Assembly (NCBI GenBank): GCA_028023455.1
Contig: JAQFVV010000009.1
Span: 17,174,001 to 17,238,000 of the forward strand
Direction: 5' to 3'
DNA from: Epiperipatus broadwayi
Taxonomy: Eukaryota > Animalia > Onychophora
DNA: 64,000 nucleotides
Notes under the pieces: model-generated
The model's input: the letters and a program-made list of their open reading frames with translations, nothing else
Databases searched by the model: none
What the model was told of the DNA's origin: nothing
Shown here: piece by piece, positions 25,111 through 38,500 of the stretch
Position numbering within the stretch: the stretch's first letter is position 1
Layout of the letters: every line of letters starts with the position of its first letter
Made by a program: the position numbers and the translations under genes

Positions 25111-25499
25111 AGATAGGGATTTTATGCACAAGCCTTCTGGCATCCATTGATTGCTCTTGTTAGCACAAGATGGCACTACTATATGGAGAGTTTTGCTTTG
25201 TTTTGGATTGTTTAAAAGTCATTTGTTGTTGATGAATGATTCAAGAAGGCAAAAACTGTCAACAAATCTTACTTATTTTAAATCATTTGCTATCCTTGTC
25301 AGCATAATTTTCATCTCTTCATATTTTGTTTTAATCCTAAGTTTAACTTTTCCAATAAATGACTTCAGATCATTTTAATTTTTAGCTGTAACTTTAATAT
25401 TGTCAATATAATTTAAAATGTTATTGTTTCTTGCACCAATTCTAAATTTACATTAGACTTTGTAATAAAAAACACAATGCCAGCTCTGCCTAATTCCTT

Positions 25500-27250
25500 A
25501 AGTAAAATTAGATTCATCATAGCCTATTTCTCATGTACTTTTTATCCCTAAAAAAAATCTTCATTAAATAATAAAAGACTCTAATATATCCATTACCTTA
25601 AAAAATATTCCTTTTTTTTTTTAGCATGGTAAACTAAATAAAGTACATTTTTGTAATTACTACTTTAACATTTTTGATTATCTAATATATATATCAGTAA
25701 AGATGTGTCTTATTTTACCAGCTTTTCTAAAACCAGTTTATATAGTAGACAAAGTTAATCATCATCAGTGATAGTTTACAATTGTATATATGGATTTAAA
25801 ATTGATTTTATCCAATTTATAGGCTACTGAGAATTTATTCAAATTAGTTATCACAATACAATCAACACTTTTATTTATTCTTCTTCAGTTTTCTCTAAAA
25901 TCAAGTGACTAGATCTTTTGTCAATAATTTCAAAACTAATCTAATCTAACTTCCAGTTCTGGGAGATTCTCTAAAAAAGTGATCTTATCAAAATTGCTGA
26001 TTAATATTTTATACTATAGCTCTCAATATATTCTTACCATTTTTGTTTGATCTTTGCTATATTTGTTATAATCTATCCACTACTATTTAAAAAAAAACAA
26101 AAAACCCTTAGGCTGAAAGTTTATTTTGAACTCACAAATTATCTGAAAGAGCACTATTGTTTTAGTTTCTATTTTCAATATTTTTGGATACTCTTTGTTT
26201 ATTTGAAATGTTTTTTCAATTTTATTAAATAATCTTTATCTTTTTTTTAATTTTGGTCTTCCTTCTTTTCATTGCAACTACCATTATACCACTTATGACA
26301 TTTATTTTGCTTTTATTAATTTTTAACTTTAGTCAAACTTTTCTCAGACTAATTTTTCCTCCTTCTTTTCACTGCAACTACCATTATACCACTTATGACA
26401 TTTATTTTGCTTTTACTAATTTTTAACTTTAGTCAAACTTTTCTCAGACTAATTTTTAACTATTTCTTTTACTTCTATCTGCAATTCATTTAATCCATTA
26501 CCAATTACACCTAAAATTTCAAATTAATTTTCTATGGATTTTTTAATGAGCAATAGTTATATTTTGTAAATTATATCTAGAAATTGGAAAAGATTGTGGT
26601 TCTTTTACAATTTTATTTGGAACTTACAAATAAATAATTCGTGATACAGCAGTTTCTTATTATTAAAATTGTAAACTTTCATCACTGGATATCAAAAATA
26701 TAATATGTACTTCCTGCTAATTTCATCTGAAAATATCTATATATAAAAATAAAGCTTCTAACTACTTGGGAAAATGTACTGAAAGTAAAAAGATTATTAA
26801 CGAATAAAAACTTATTGGTAGTACTCCCGTTTTATTTCTGCTTCCAAACTATAATGTCCAATGACATTAAATCACAAGAAACATATTTGTACCAAACTAT
26901 AAAACTTTTCCAATTTCTTTTTCACTTGTTTGAGTTGTTGGAACATGAGGTTATAATAATGTTGAATGGTGTTAATTGATATCAGCTGATCATTCTCTGG
27001 ATTATATCCAAAATAAGTCTTGAAATATCTTGTCTAATAATAAAGGTCCCATCATTTTTCTTTGATATCCATGTTTTCATGATAAAAATCTTCCAGAGAC
27101 CCTTTATTTCAATCTCTTGAGATAGCAATGTGTAAGTGATAATTGATCAATATCCATTTTTATCCATCAAACAATCCTTGGTTCATACTTTACATTGTAA
27201 TGATGATTATCTCCTTACAGTCTCAAATTTTCTTTTTCTGGATAGCAATT
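25500..27250 (-). mobile_element. Very decayed LINE (endonuclease/RT) remnant
   Basis: Only faint minus-strand motif traces (QQF..FF...RT..RL near 25900-26000). Many stops. Contains a ~100 bp tandem duplication at 26266-26456. Confidence 0.3.
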
Positions 27251-27357
27251 AAATTTCCAAATGATTTTATAATCTATTTTTATTAGCAGTATTAGAAAAA
27301 ATACACTTGACAATTTACAAAGCAGGCAAAACACATTATATATATATTGACACACAT

Positions 27358-28190
27358 AGCAAGCTAGAGTAATCAATGGATGCCAGAAGGCTTGTGCATA
27401 AAATCCCCATCTAGTGCCTACTCATCCAGTATCCCCAGACTAGTTTCTGGCTTATGGACTTTATCAGTGAGGAGTTTTGGATCTGAGAGCACTGCATCTA
27501 GATCTTAGGATCTAATGCAACCCTCCAGCAACCACCTTTTATCTCCATTTAACTACAAAACTATGAGTCTTAATCTGAAAAGACATTAATGTTTTCAATC
27601 CAATCCCATTGGCTTATATATTCATATGGGTCTGAACCCAGTTCAGTACCCGTACATTTTGGTGTCTTTGGTTCTTTAATAACCATAGCCACCACTATCC
27701 TATTAGGCAGGATTGGTTTTAAGCCAATAAACATCACATGACCACCTCCTCTTATGCTTGTGTATAATTGTTGTTAAAACAGGCAAAACTCACTATATAT
27801 ATTTTGCCACCTACAGCAAGCTAAAGTAATCAATGGATGCCAGAAGGCTTGGGGATTGAAAACATTAAGGTGTTTTCAGTTTAAGACTCATAGTTTTGTA
27901 GTTAAACGAAGATAAAAGGTTGTTTCTGGAGGGTTGCATTAGATCCTAAGATCTAGATGCAGTGCTCTCAGATCCAAGGCTTCTCACTATCGAAGGCCAT
28001 AAGTCAGAAACTAGTCTGGGGATATTGGATGAGTAGGCACTAGATGGGGATTTTATGCACAAGCCTTCTGGCATCCATTGATTACTCTAGCTTGCTGTGC
28101 GTGGCAAAATATATATTGTGAGTTTTGCCTGTTTTAACAACAGTTATATACAAGCATAAGAGGGGGTGGTCATATGATGTTTATTGGCTT
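27358..28190. repeat. Repeat family A, locus 3: 1.1 units plus an inverted partial unit; hammerhead cores mutated
   Basis: GCAAGCTA.AGTAATCAATGGATGCCAGAAGG at 27359 and 27816 (period 457). Inverted arm from ~27851. Cores read CTGATAA (minus) and CTATCGA (27987), both retaining GAAACTAGTC. Confidence 0.92.
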
Positions 28191-29039
28191 AATTACAAAG
28201 CAGCATATGAAGAAATACTTTCATGCCAAGAAATTTATCTTTAAACATTATAACTTCATTCTGTTTTATTTCTCTATTTATAGATTTTCAACATATATAA
28301 GAATAATTTATTATTTCTTCTATACAGTTTGAAATAATGTAATACAGTCGATATACTCATGATCAAATGACATCAACATTATATTATATTGCTACTATTC
28401 AATACTGATATTAGAAAACAGACATTAAAAACATATATAATTTATAAAAAGAAGAAAGCAAAAAGAAATTGAATTAAGACAAAAAAGATAAAAAATCTCC
28501 TTATGAATTAAGAGTAAAAATAAAATGAAATGCAAATTCCGATATAATATGAGAGATATATTCAATAAGTAAAAAAAAAAAAACCATCTAATTATGATAC
28601 CTAATAGCATGTACATTTTGCAATGAATGTATTTGTAATACTTAATTTTATTAAGGATGCTTAGGTTTAAATGCTTGACAGTCATATCATTCAATCATTT
28701 TTTCTTGGTTATGTCCAAAAAGTTATTATATTAAACATCTACTTACTATGTTAAGCAAGGGCAATTATAATCTCACTTTCAAACTTCACTCACAGAAAAA
28801 GTACAAATGGATCTTTCTAAAAAATGATATAAAATTAGATACATACTGACATTTCATTTTTGCTAAATTTATAATAATTCTTATAATAAACGTAAATCTT
28901 TTTAATCATCTTGCAAGAAATATGTTATACATATTTTGTTAATGATGTTAGCTGTTTATACTTTTATACAGAATGTAATAACTGTGCTTATATGCAACTA
29001 TAGAGAATCTTGTTATTTCTATAAGTTAATTACAGTGGA

Positions 29040-29640
29040 ACCATGATCTGTGTAAGGATGCAGTATCCCGCAAGGCAAACATAGACTTATACATTAAAGA
29101 TTTAATATCAGTTGGATTTAAACATGGTTTTTTTGAAAAGGAAAATAATGCAATTCTACAGAAAATTGAATTCTAATCTCCCTGCTCATGATAGACCATG
29201 GCTTCTTCTGCTATACATACCCACCATAACAAAAACCTTAAAACATTCTCGCAACTTATTACCTTGCTTTTCGCACACACACACACCTTTTATCAATAGA
29301 TTACTGAGTAACTCCAAAGATAGGCTTGACCCTAACACTATTTACAAAATCAGATGCCTCCAAACTGGATGTCATTCAATCTATTATAAGGAATCCCGAG
29401 CATCCTTATCTATACGTCTTTTGAAGCACCAATATTTGTACAAATGAGCCTCAGACAAGCCAGAACATAGCTCTATATTCCTCCAGCACCAAAAAACAAC
29501 AGGACATCAATTTGTCTCCTCCTTTGCCATCATTCAATACATAGAATGGAAAGATTCAAAGAAAAAAAGGGAGGGGTGCTAAAAGCCAATTATATGAATG
29601 CTATCAACCAGAGAGATTCATCCTTCCTTCTTTACAAAAA
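29040..29640 (+). mobile_element. Penelope-like 3' fragment (GIY-YIG endonuclease)
   Basis: LLYIP...SNSKDRLDPNTIYKIRCLQTGCHSIYYKESRASLSIRLLKHQ...HSSIFLQHQKTTGHQF matches the Penelope GIY-YIG layout. Confidence 0.85.
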
Positions 29641-29917
29641 AAGGATGCTTTAATTTAAACAGTAACCTTGAATTTAAATAAATTTAAATTTTCTTCAAAT
29701 ACATACAATTATACTCATCTCTCCAATATGATTATAGTTTGTCTTACTATGAATATGAGAACACTATAAATTCTCAAAAGTGCTTAGCCGCAATTAATTT
29801 ATAGAAATAGTAAGTTTCTCTATAGTTGTACGTATAAGCATACTTATCACAATTATTACATAGTTAATATACATTAACAAACTTTATCTACATAGAGAAA
29901 ATAAAATGTTTCATATG

Positions 29918-30093
29918 TGTCTTAAATAATTATAAATGCATTAACAAATATAGTCTTTGGGATGTGATGGTTGCATATCTATTTGCAATACCCATGGCTA
30001 AGGCATGTCTCTTAAATATTTATAAATGCATTAACAAGTATAGTTTTTGGGATGTGATGGTTAGCATATCTGTTTGCAATACCCATGGCTAAA
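29918..30093 (+). repeat. 90 bp tandem duplication downstream of the Penelope fragment
   Basis: TATAAATGCATTAACAA.TATAGT.TTTGGGATGTGATGG at 29931 and 30021. Confidence 0.9.
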
Positions 30094-31019
30094 GGTCCAA
30101 ATATAGATAGAACTTAACATTCTTCTCAAATAGCAGGAAATTTCCAAGCAATTTTAATATTTTTCATAAAGCTGTCCAATAGCCACTACATATAGCTGGA
30201 GTGAAGAGGGATTAAATCATTTTTTGCTTTAACATTTCAATGACAAAATAAAATTCTGATTATTATATTAATATTGTGAGTTTTTAATTTATATAATAAA
30301 AAAACTTGATCAATAATGTTGTAATGCTTTCTATCATTAATAATTCAAAGCTATTAGACTTTGATGTAATAAACTTCTTTCAATAAAACATCAGATTTTT
30401 TACCATTTATTATTCCTATTAAATCAGAATATATGTAGACTATCTGAAATAAAACAAACAAAGTTCGTTATTTAAAATTAAATCTGAATAAATAGTAATA
30501 CAATGTAAGGCTTCAAAAAAGAGTTATCTAATAAGTGAATGATGAGGCCTTAAAAAATGAAGCTTAGTAAATCTTTCGCTACAGCTGTTATTTCTATAAA
30601 ATTATTCAGACAGTAATAGCTGCTCATCAATACACATCGCCAGCACGATGAGTTTGCTGGCTTTATTTCTTAATTTAAAATCAAAAAATATCATAGACTT
30701 TCTTCTCATTTGCCCGACAGTTCTTAATTCAAATATCAGATAAATTTTCTTGAAAGAAGAATAAATGTTTATAAAAATGATTTTTTAATAGATATTTACA
30801 GTCAAGATAGTCAAAACTAAATTATGGCCCTTATTTCTAGGAGATTGTAAAATCGCCAACCAAGACATTGGTTAGTAGCTGAAGGTCGAGGATGGTAAGA
30901 ATTTTCTGGCTGCAGGCTCAGATGGCCATTTAATACTGACTTTTTATTTAGCTACCTATAACTACAGAGCACTTTCAAGTGAATAAAAATTACATGAATT
31001 TGAAAAACTGTCTAATATA

Positions 31020-32389
31020 AAATAGGATATTGTTGAACTTTGTGAAGAGACAATTGTTTAAAAAATGGATCTGAAAAACTGTCCAATATAAAATAGGATA
31101 TTGTTGGACTTTGTGAAGAGACAATTGTTTAAAAAATGGACATGTACTTTACTACAAAGGCACAAATATTGAAAGCACAATTGGAGAAGGAATTATTATA
31201 AATAAAAAGTAGAAAAACAAAATTGTAAAGATTTATGGAATATCAGACACAATAACAAGAAAATTTTTTCAACTTATATGTGTCAACAAATCCTCATTGT
31301 AAGGAAGAAGTATAGAATTTTTTATATAATATATAATGTTATTTCCCACTAAATCCAATCACTATGGGAAAAGCCTAGTGCTGATTTATTTGAATTTGGC
31401 AACAATACTTATTATTCCTAGTAGATTATTTCTCTAAATACCCAGAGGTACTTCGCATACTTCACAAAACTGCTACTTCTGCTATGCAGAACAACATTTG
31501 CATGCATTGGCATACCAGATGAGGTAATTGGTAGATAACATGCCGTTTGCTTCATTCTTATTCCACAAATTCGCAAAAGAATGGTGTTTTAAAGTGACCA
31601 CATCGAGTCCACACTATTCATATCCTAATGGACTTGTGGAACGAAATGTTCAAACTATAAAGCAATTATTTGGCAAAGCTTATCAATCTGGAATTGACCT
31701 ACAATTACCCTTACTTGAATTAGAAATACACCAATAAGTGGGATAAATATTACTCCATCACAGATACTAATGTCTAGAACTCTTAAAACAAAATTACCAT
31801 CCTTTTTAAAACAATTCATATCTCCAGCTACACAAAAGGCCCATAGATACTTAATACAGATGCAAATTCGACAGAAAAGATTCTATGACAAGACAGTCAA
31901 GATATCTCCACCCGTGGAAATTGACAAACCGAGATGAGTATATGATGGGACCAGATGGAAGAAGTGTAAAATTCTTGGAAAACCTCCCGAGCCAAAATCA
32001 TATTGCATTTTGACTGAGGACGGCTCTATTCTTTGTCAAACCAAGACATATCTACGAAATACAGCTGAAAGATTCATAACAACTCCACAGATACAAAAAC
32101 CAGATGAGGAGACACAATTTCCCGTAACTGAAACAGAGAAATCACAACCATCAACATCAAGTGACAATGGCATAGCGACGAGGAGAATACCAGTCGAACG
32201 TTCTGAAATAAAAGAAAAATCGAACAGAAGAAGGTCTCTAGTATATTTAAAAGACTATGTGTGTAAATAAAAAAAAGAGAGTTATCAAATATCAGTCGCA
32301 TATTCCGAGATAAGAAAAAATTGAACAGAAGAAGAAGGCATCCAGTATATTTAAAAGACTATGTGTGTAAATAATAAAAAAAAGAGAGT
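31020..32389 (+). mobile_element. Ty3/Gypsy integrase and 3' UTR remnant
   Basis: WEKPSADLFEF...VDYFSKYPEV, VDNMPFAS...TSSPHYSYPNGLVERNVQTIK (integrase core), tail RRSLVYLKDYVCK (its region duplicated). PPT AAAAAAAGAGAG ends near 32388. Confidence 0.88.
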
Positions 32390-32565
32390 TGTCATGTTAT
32401 GGCTAATACTTGTAATTACAGACTGACACCTAACAGCGACAACTGAGATTAGTAAGCAAGCGACATCACTCTTATGTTAGACCAACACTGGTAATTAACA
32501 AAAATTATTAGTTATACAAACTGCGCGTATTTATTAATTTAGATATTATGACCAAAAACATAATA
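32390..32565 (+). repeat. Single short LTR between a PPT and a PBS
   Basis: Starts TGTCATGTT right after the PPT and ends AACATAATA (imperfect inverted terminus), immediately followed by PBS TGGTGTCAG at 32566. Confidence 0.7.
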
Positions 32566-32706
32566 TGGTGTCAGGAATGAGATAATAAAATAATAGTTAA
32601 AAAAAAAAAAATTTCTAAAGTCTATAAAATAGTGAGTATTTAAATATTGATAACAATAGTTTTTATAACAAATTTTTTTTTCATATCATATTTGTCGAAA
32701 TACAAA

Positions 32707-35520
32707 ATGCCGTCACAATTCGATCATTTTTACAATATTGAACCGCTATCCATGGAAGAAAATATGTCAGTCAAATGGACTGAATGAAAAGAATTATTCC
32801 TAAATTTTCCTAGAAGCAACAGAAAACAATATGAAATCAGATAAAGTAAAATTAGGAATATTACATCATCCCATTGGAAAAGAAGGGAGAGATGTAATAA
32901 CAACATTAGACCACACATACCCGGAAGATAAAACAAAATTGATACCTGTCTTAAACCAAATGGATAAATATTTCAACACAACGAAAGCAACATTATATGA
33001 CAGAATAAAAGCAAATACAATGGAGCCACATGAGGGAGAATTGACTGATCACTTTTTTACTCGCTTAAAATTAGTAGTTGAAAAATCTGACTTCAGGGAT
33101 CAAAAACAAAATATCCTCCGAGATAGAATTATAATGCCACAAAAAAGACAGCTTATTTGAAAAAGGGAATAATATACTAAAAAAAGCCCTGGAAATAATA
33201 CGTAGCCATGAAACTAGAAGACTCAAAAATGAATTATTGGAAAAGTGTGAATTATGTATTAACGTAATAGCGAAAAATACAACAACAAACATACAAAACT
33301 GTCAAAAGTCCAATCATAATCACTCAAAATGTGAGTGTCCTGCATTTGGAAAAAAATGCTATAATTGTGGAAAGTTAAACCATTTTGCCAATAATTGCCG
33401 TATGAGAAGCTATGACCATAAAATTTTAAAAACACAAAAACGCTCAAACACAAAGTATCATAAAAAAAGAAATAGAAATTGATGTTATGTGCACAAAGAA
33501 CATGATACTATGACAGCGGATTCATCATATACCAATTACAATTGCATATGTCAGATGTGTAGACTCAACTCATTCGTTTAATGGCTGGTATGAACAGATT
33601 TTATTAGACAACAATAAAGTAAAAATAAAAATAGAAACAGACGCAGATATAAACATTATCTTTAAAAAAGTGCTTAATACTATTCATCCACAACCAATAA
33701 TATACAAAACAAAGAAGAAATTGCGCGCTTTTGGAGGATTATTCCTCACCCCAATAGGAAAAGCAAAACTTCAATGCAAAATAAACAAAGATCTGCATAA
33801 TTTACGTTTTATAATAAAAGAAGAAGAACCAACACCTCTTAATGGCAGTGATTGTGAGTTACTAGGTTTAATTAAATGCAACAAAATTACAGTACAAAAA
33901 GTAACGATGAAAAATAATAAAAGTAAAAATGATCAAAATATATCCAATAACAACAAAGATAAAATATTACAAAGAGTAAAAAAAGTAATAAAGATATTAA
34001 AACAAAGAAATAAAAGAAAATGAAAACTTCAAGTCTATATACGAGAAATACAATGATGTTTTTCAAGATGTGGGTTGTTATGAAGACGAACACCACCTCA
34101 CAGTAGACCCAACATTTAAACCAGTTGTCCATACACCTACATTAATTCTACTAAGTATACATGAACAATTACACGAGGAATTAAATAAAATAGAAGATAA
34201 TGCTATCATAACTCCAGTGACATATCCAACTAATTGGGTTAATAGTCTATTAATAGTTGAAAAACCAAACGGCACTATGAGAATATGCAAGACCCAAGAG
34301 ATCTTAATTAAGCATTAAAAAGAGAACATTATAAAATGCCAACACCAGAGTCAGTTTTATGTACAGTAACAGGAATGAAATATTTCACAGTTTTGGACTT
34401 GAAATCCGGATTTTGGAATATAAAACTTGACTTAACGACATTTAATACCCCCTTTGGAAGATATCGCTTTAACCGCTTACTCTTTGGCTTAAATGTATCA
34501 CCAAAAATTTTTCTGAGGACAAATGATGAATTATTTGCCAATATACCAGGTGTCAGTATAACAGTTGATGATTTCTTAATAGGAGAAAAAACTGCTGAAG
34601 ATATGAACAAAAATTTGTTAAAAGTTTTAAAGAGCACGCATGGTCAATGCGAAAATCAATCCAGATATCCAATATGCTCAAATGCAAGTGCAACAGCTAG
34701 GACGAATGACTTCAGGAACAGAAATCTCAGCAGATCCTAATAAAATAGAAGCAATACAAAAAACTCAAATCACCAAAAGACAAACAAGGGTTGAAACAAA
34801 TTTTAGGAATGATAAATTATCTCTTACCACACATTCCGAACTTAGCAGATCTGACAGCATCCCTGCGATCTCTTAATAAATACAATGTTATATGTATAGA
34901 ATTCATATTACCAACAATGTTCCAATAAGCTAAAAGAGGCATATTTGCAATGTAACCTGGCGAACACACTTCTCAAATTCCAGAAGTAATACAAACAGAT
35001 GTCTCACAGACAGGACTAGGGGAGTTTTATTCCAAAATGGGAAACCAATTATGTATACCTCTTGAGCATTTTCTGAAACAGAACAATAAATGCTCAAATA
35101 GAAAAAGAAACTCTGAAGCATTGTCAACGTGTGTCAAAAGTACCATTACTACATATATGGATGAAATATAATAATAGACAATTGATCACAAACCATTACT
35201 TGCAATTGTAAACAAACCCTTTGAGAAAATCATACCCAGACTCCAAAAATTTGTAATGAGATAACAACGATATAAACTTAAATTCGAATACTGTCCTGGG
35301 AAGAAACTCTACATTGCAGATACATTATCACGTAACTACATAAATATAACACAAGAAGAAGATGCCTGTGAAATACACGCTACAAACAAAACTGTCAGTA
35401 CCTGGGACAATGACTTAAAGAGAGCTTGCCCTTTAGATGAGGAAGCTTCAGAATTAATTAAACACATATGCAATGGATGGCCGGAACATAAGTGCAATGT
35501 ACCTCTCTGTTCTGAACACA
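32707..35520 (+). mobile_element. Ty3/Gypsy gag-protease-RT-RNase H pseudogene
   Basis: Gag KSDKVKLGILHH.IGKEG, LRDRII, CPAFGKKCYNCGKLNHFANNC. RT WVNSLLIVEKPNGTMRIC, YFTVLDLKSGFW, TTFNTPFGRYRFNRL.FGL, TVDDFLI. RNase H region. Ends at linker NGWPEHK. Confidence 0.92.
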
Positions 35521-38500
35521 ACTCTCAACTCTTGCTCATGAGTTTAGTAAGTACATCATTAAGCTATGTACTCAGGAGACTTTTATTCCTTATTATTTTT
35601 ATTTAAATTATTACAATAATAATCTTATAAACTACATTATTTAAAATGAGAGCAAAAAAAAATAATTATTTATACTATAATGGGATGACCTATTTGATAG
35701 CCTTAATTGAGGCACCAAATATAACGGAATGGCATTTAATCATCCCAGTTGATATACCAAATATAATAGAATCGATTATATTTAATGCTTGGAAATCATT
35801 AACTTAATGCTTCATAGTTAGGTTCGCCAAATATAACAAATATTTAAAATCTAAGTTGTATATATGGGGATGATTAAATTCCTTAGAAAGAGGATATGCA
35901 TTTCACTACAATCGGACTTTGGGTCTTCAGGTAGAATGCTAAAAATGAATCAATGAAATACTAAGTCCATGATCATATCTATCTTTTTTATGCTAGCTCA
36001 ATAATCTTTAAATAAGTTTTAATATAATTTAGACTAGTTCATCCATCTTTCATCCCTCTTTCAATCACCATTATGCCACGATATTCAAACTCATGGAGAA
36101 TTTGCAATTAGCTCTCTCAGGGAAAATCCAAAACAAGTTATTATTTATATGCCTTTATACAAGCATTAATTACAATTGATATTCATATGATATTTATAAT
36201 ACTAGCATATATATAATATAATTCAATAATGATTAGACAAAGAGATCAAGTTAATAAATCAATATTTAATAAATAATAAAAAATATAATATAATAGATAA
36301 TAAAATATTAACAAATAAATACGGATGAATTTTATCATTTTAAAAATATTAATAAATAATATTTTTTATTTAATATCCTATGATAAAACTCAATACTATA
36401 ATAAACTTTCAAAAATTAAAGAAAATAGTTTAAATTAACAGATATATAAAAACAATATCTGGGTTCAAAAATTAATAATTTATGTAACTTATTAATTTAT
36501 TTACCGTTCTTATTTATATGTTTCATAATTACCAATATATAAGTACTATTTGCAATTGTATAACTTATATATTACATGTATTTTTGATAAATAAAGTACA
36601 TTAAACTTTTACAATATTACGTAGTAAATACAATATAATCCTGTTTAAGATATCTGTCAAATAATAACTATTCTTTATATCCCTCATCTAATTTGATGAG
36701 TTATGTCAAGCTTTCAATTAATTATATTTAATAATAAATATAATTTTCCTATTAAGATATAATGATGCGATGCCAAATTTGAAATAAAGATAATAATAAT
36801 AATAAACATATTAAAATAATATAAGCATTATTATAATATATATAAATAAATAATAAAGAAAACTTATTTATAATAGAGTTGAGAGTAGATATTAAAGTCT
36901 ATAGTTCATCATCCTAATGAAGATCTTTGACGAAGTATATTATTAATCCATTGGTATAATGATGATTTTATTTATCCTTAAACGATAAACTGTTAATAAT
37001 ATCCAATGATTTGATTAATGTGAAATAAAATAAATATTCTTCGAATGTAGATGTTCTTAATCTTCATTTTTCTATTATCATTAGACGTTCTATATATCCA
37101 ATATTTCAAAATATTTTAAAATAGCATGCAAGGTTGGTTTCGAAACCTTTACGATACAAAGCTGTTTTACTCAAAACACATTGTTTTATCCTATATATAT
37201 ATAATTATCTTAAATTTATATATATCCGAAGAATAACGGAAGTGTTAAAACAATGTAGTTTCCAAAAAACTTAAACAGACGTTCTTTTCTTTTATATTGC
37301 TATTCCTTTAAGACTTAATAGAAAATTAAAATATTTTCCTTGCAGACTTTTAATCCACAGATTATTTTAATTTGGAAAAGTTAATATTTAAATTCCAATC
37401 GTTGAACAGTAGTATTGATAAAAGAAAAAGTTATTTAAAGAGAAATGATTTTCTTTTCTTCTCCTTAATAACAAAAGAACAAATCAATCTGCTCGTGTGT
37501 TATTACAAGTTCATGCTTAACTCAACTATCAATTGTTCCATTGACATTAAGATTTAATAATAAAATAAAAAAATATATAAGTATTTATTCTTAACTTCAA
37601 ATCTGGCATTTTACTCAAAAGCTTAAGGTATGTATTATTTAAAACTCAAATGTATATATAAATAATATATATATGTATACATAATAAAATAGTCAAATAA
37701 AAAATTATATTTATAAATAATTTCCTAAGAGATAAAACATGTTAGACCAATAATAATAACTGTAAGTTACTATTATAATACAGACACATAAAAGAAATCG
37801 TAATTTTAAGTGAGAATGTGTTCCCTAATACAAAAATGATGTTTAATTGAGGTCCCAATACGATTAAACAATAATTTATTCTCCACATATTATTTATCGA
37901 TATTAATAATTAAATCCCCAATTCTCTTAATAATATTGATATTAATAAGCATAATGTTAATTTAAAAAAAAAAGTTTAACAACATAAAATTTACAAATGA
38001 GTTATAAATTAAATAAATCTTTTAAAAAAATATTCTTGCTTTTATTAAACTAAACTTGAAATTTTAAGAGAAAAAATAATATAGGATTTATTTTTACATT
38101 TGTTCATATTTAGAAAATTTATATTGGGTTATTTCAATTAGAATTTTGAGCTTCTTTAAATATGTAATCAACAGGTTCATAATTTTGGAAATCTTGTGAT
38201 ATTTAAGCACCAAAGGTAATAATAAGAGTAGAATTTTGATCTAAAGAGTTTTAGTTCTTGAGTCCATCACGCTACTACTATATTAAATCATAGCACAGTA
38301 TTATGCATAACATATATTAACAGTTTTAATTTGGTGAATAGTTTATAAATATTTCTGCAGTCATTTTCTGAACAAGTCTTGTTAAGATAAATATATTAAG
38401 ACACCATCTTATTAGTGCAATAAGTAGTCTAATAATAGCACTGATTTTATCTTACTCTATTTTTGCTTCATTTGATAAGTTTGTGCTGTTTTCAAAAATT

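Larger units (their letters stand above)
23701..25215. repeat. Hammerhead-bearing repeat family A, locus 2: 1.1 units, then ~2.2 inverted tandem units
   Basis: CATCACATGATCAC at 23701 and 24167 (period 466). Inversion at ~24228. AAGCCTTCTGGC at 24225, 24664 and 25130 (periods 439 and 466). Confidence 0.95.

Noticed and set aside
29750-29790. Possible relic hammerhead after the second Penelope fragment (ATATGAGAA...TTCTC-AAAA-GTGC-TTA)
   Set aside because: Position is suggestive, but too many core mismatches and no helix I.
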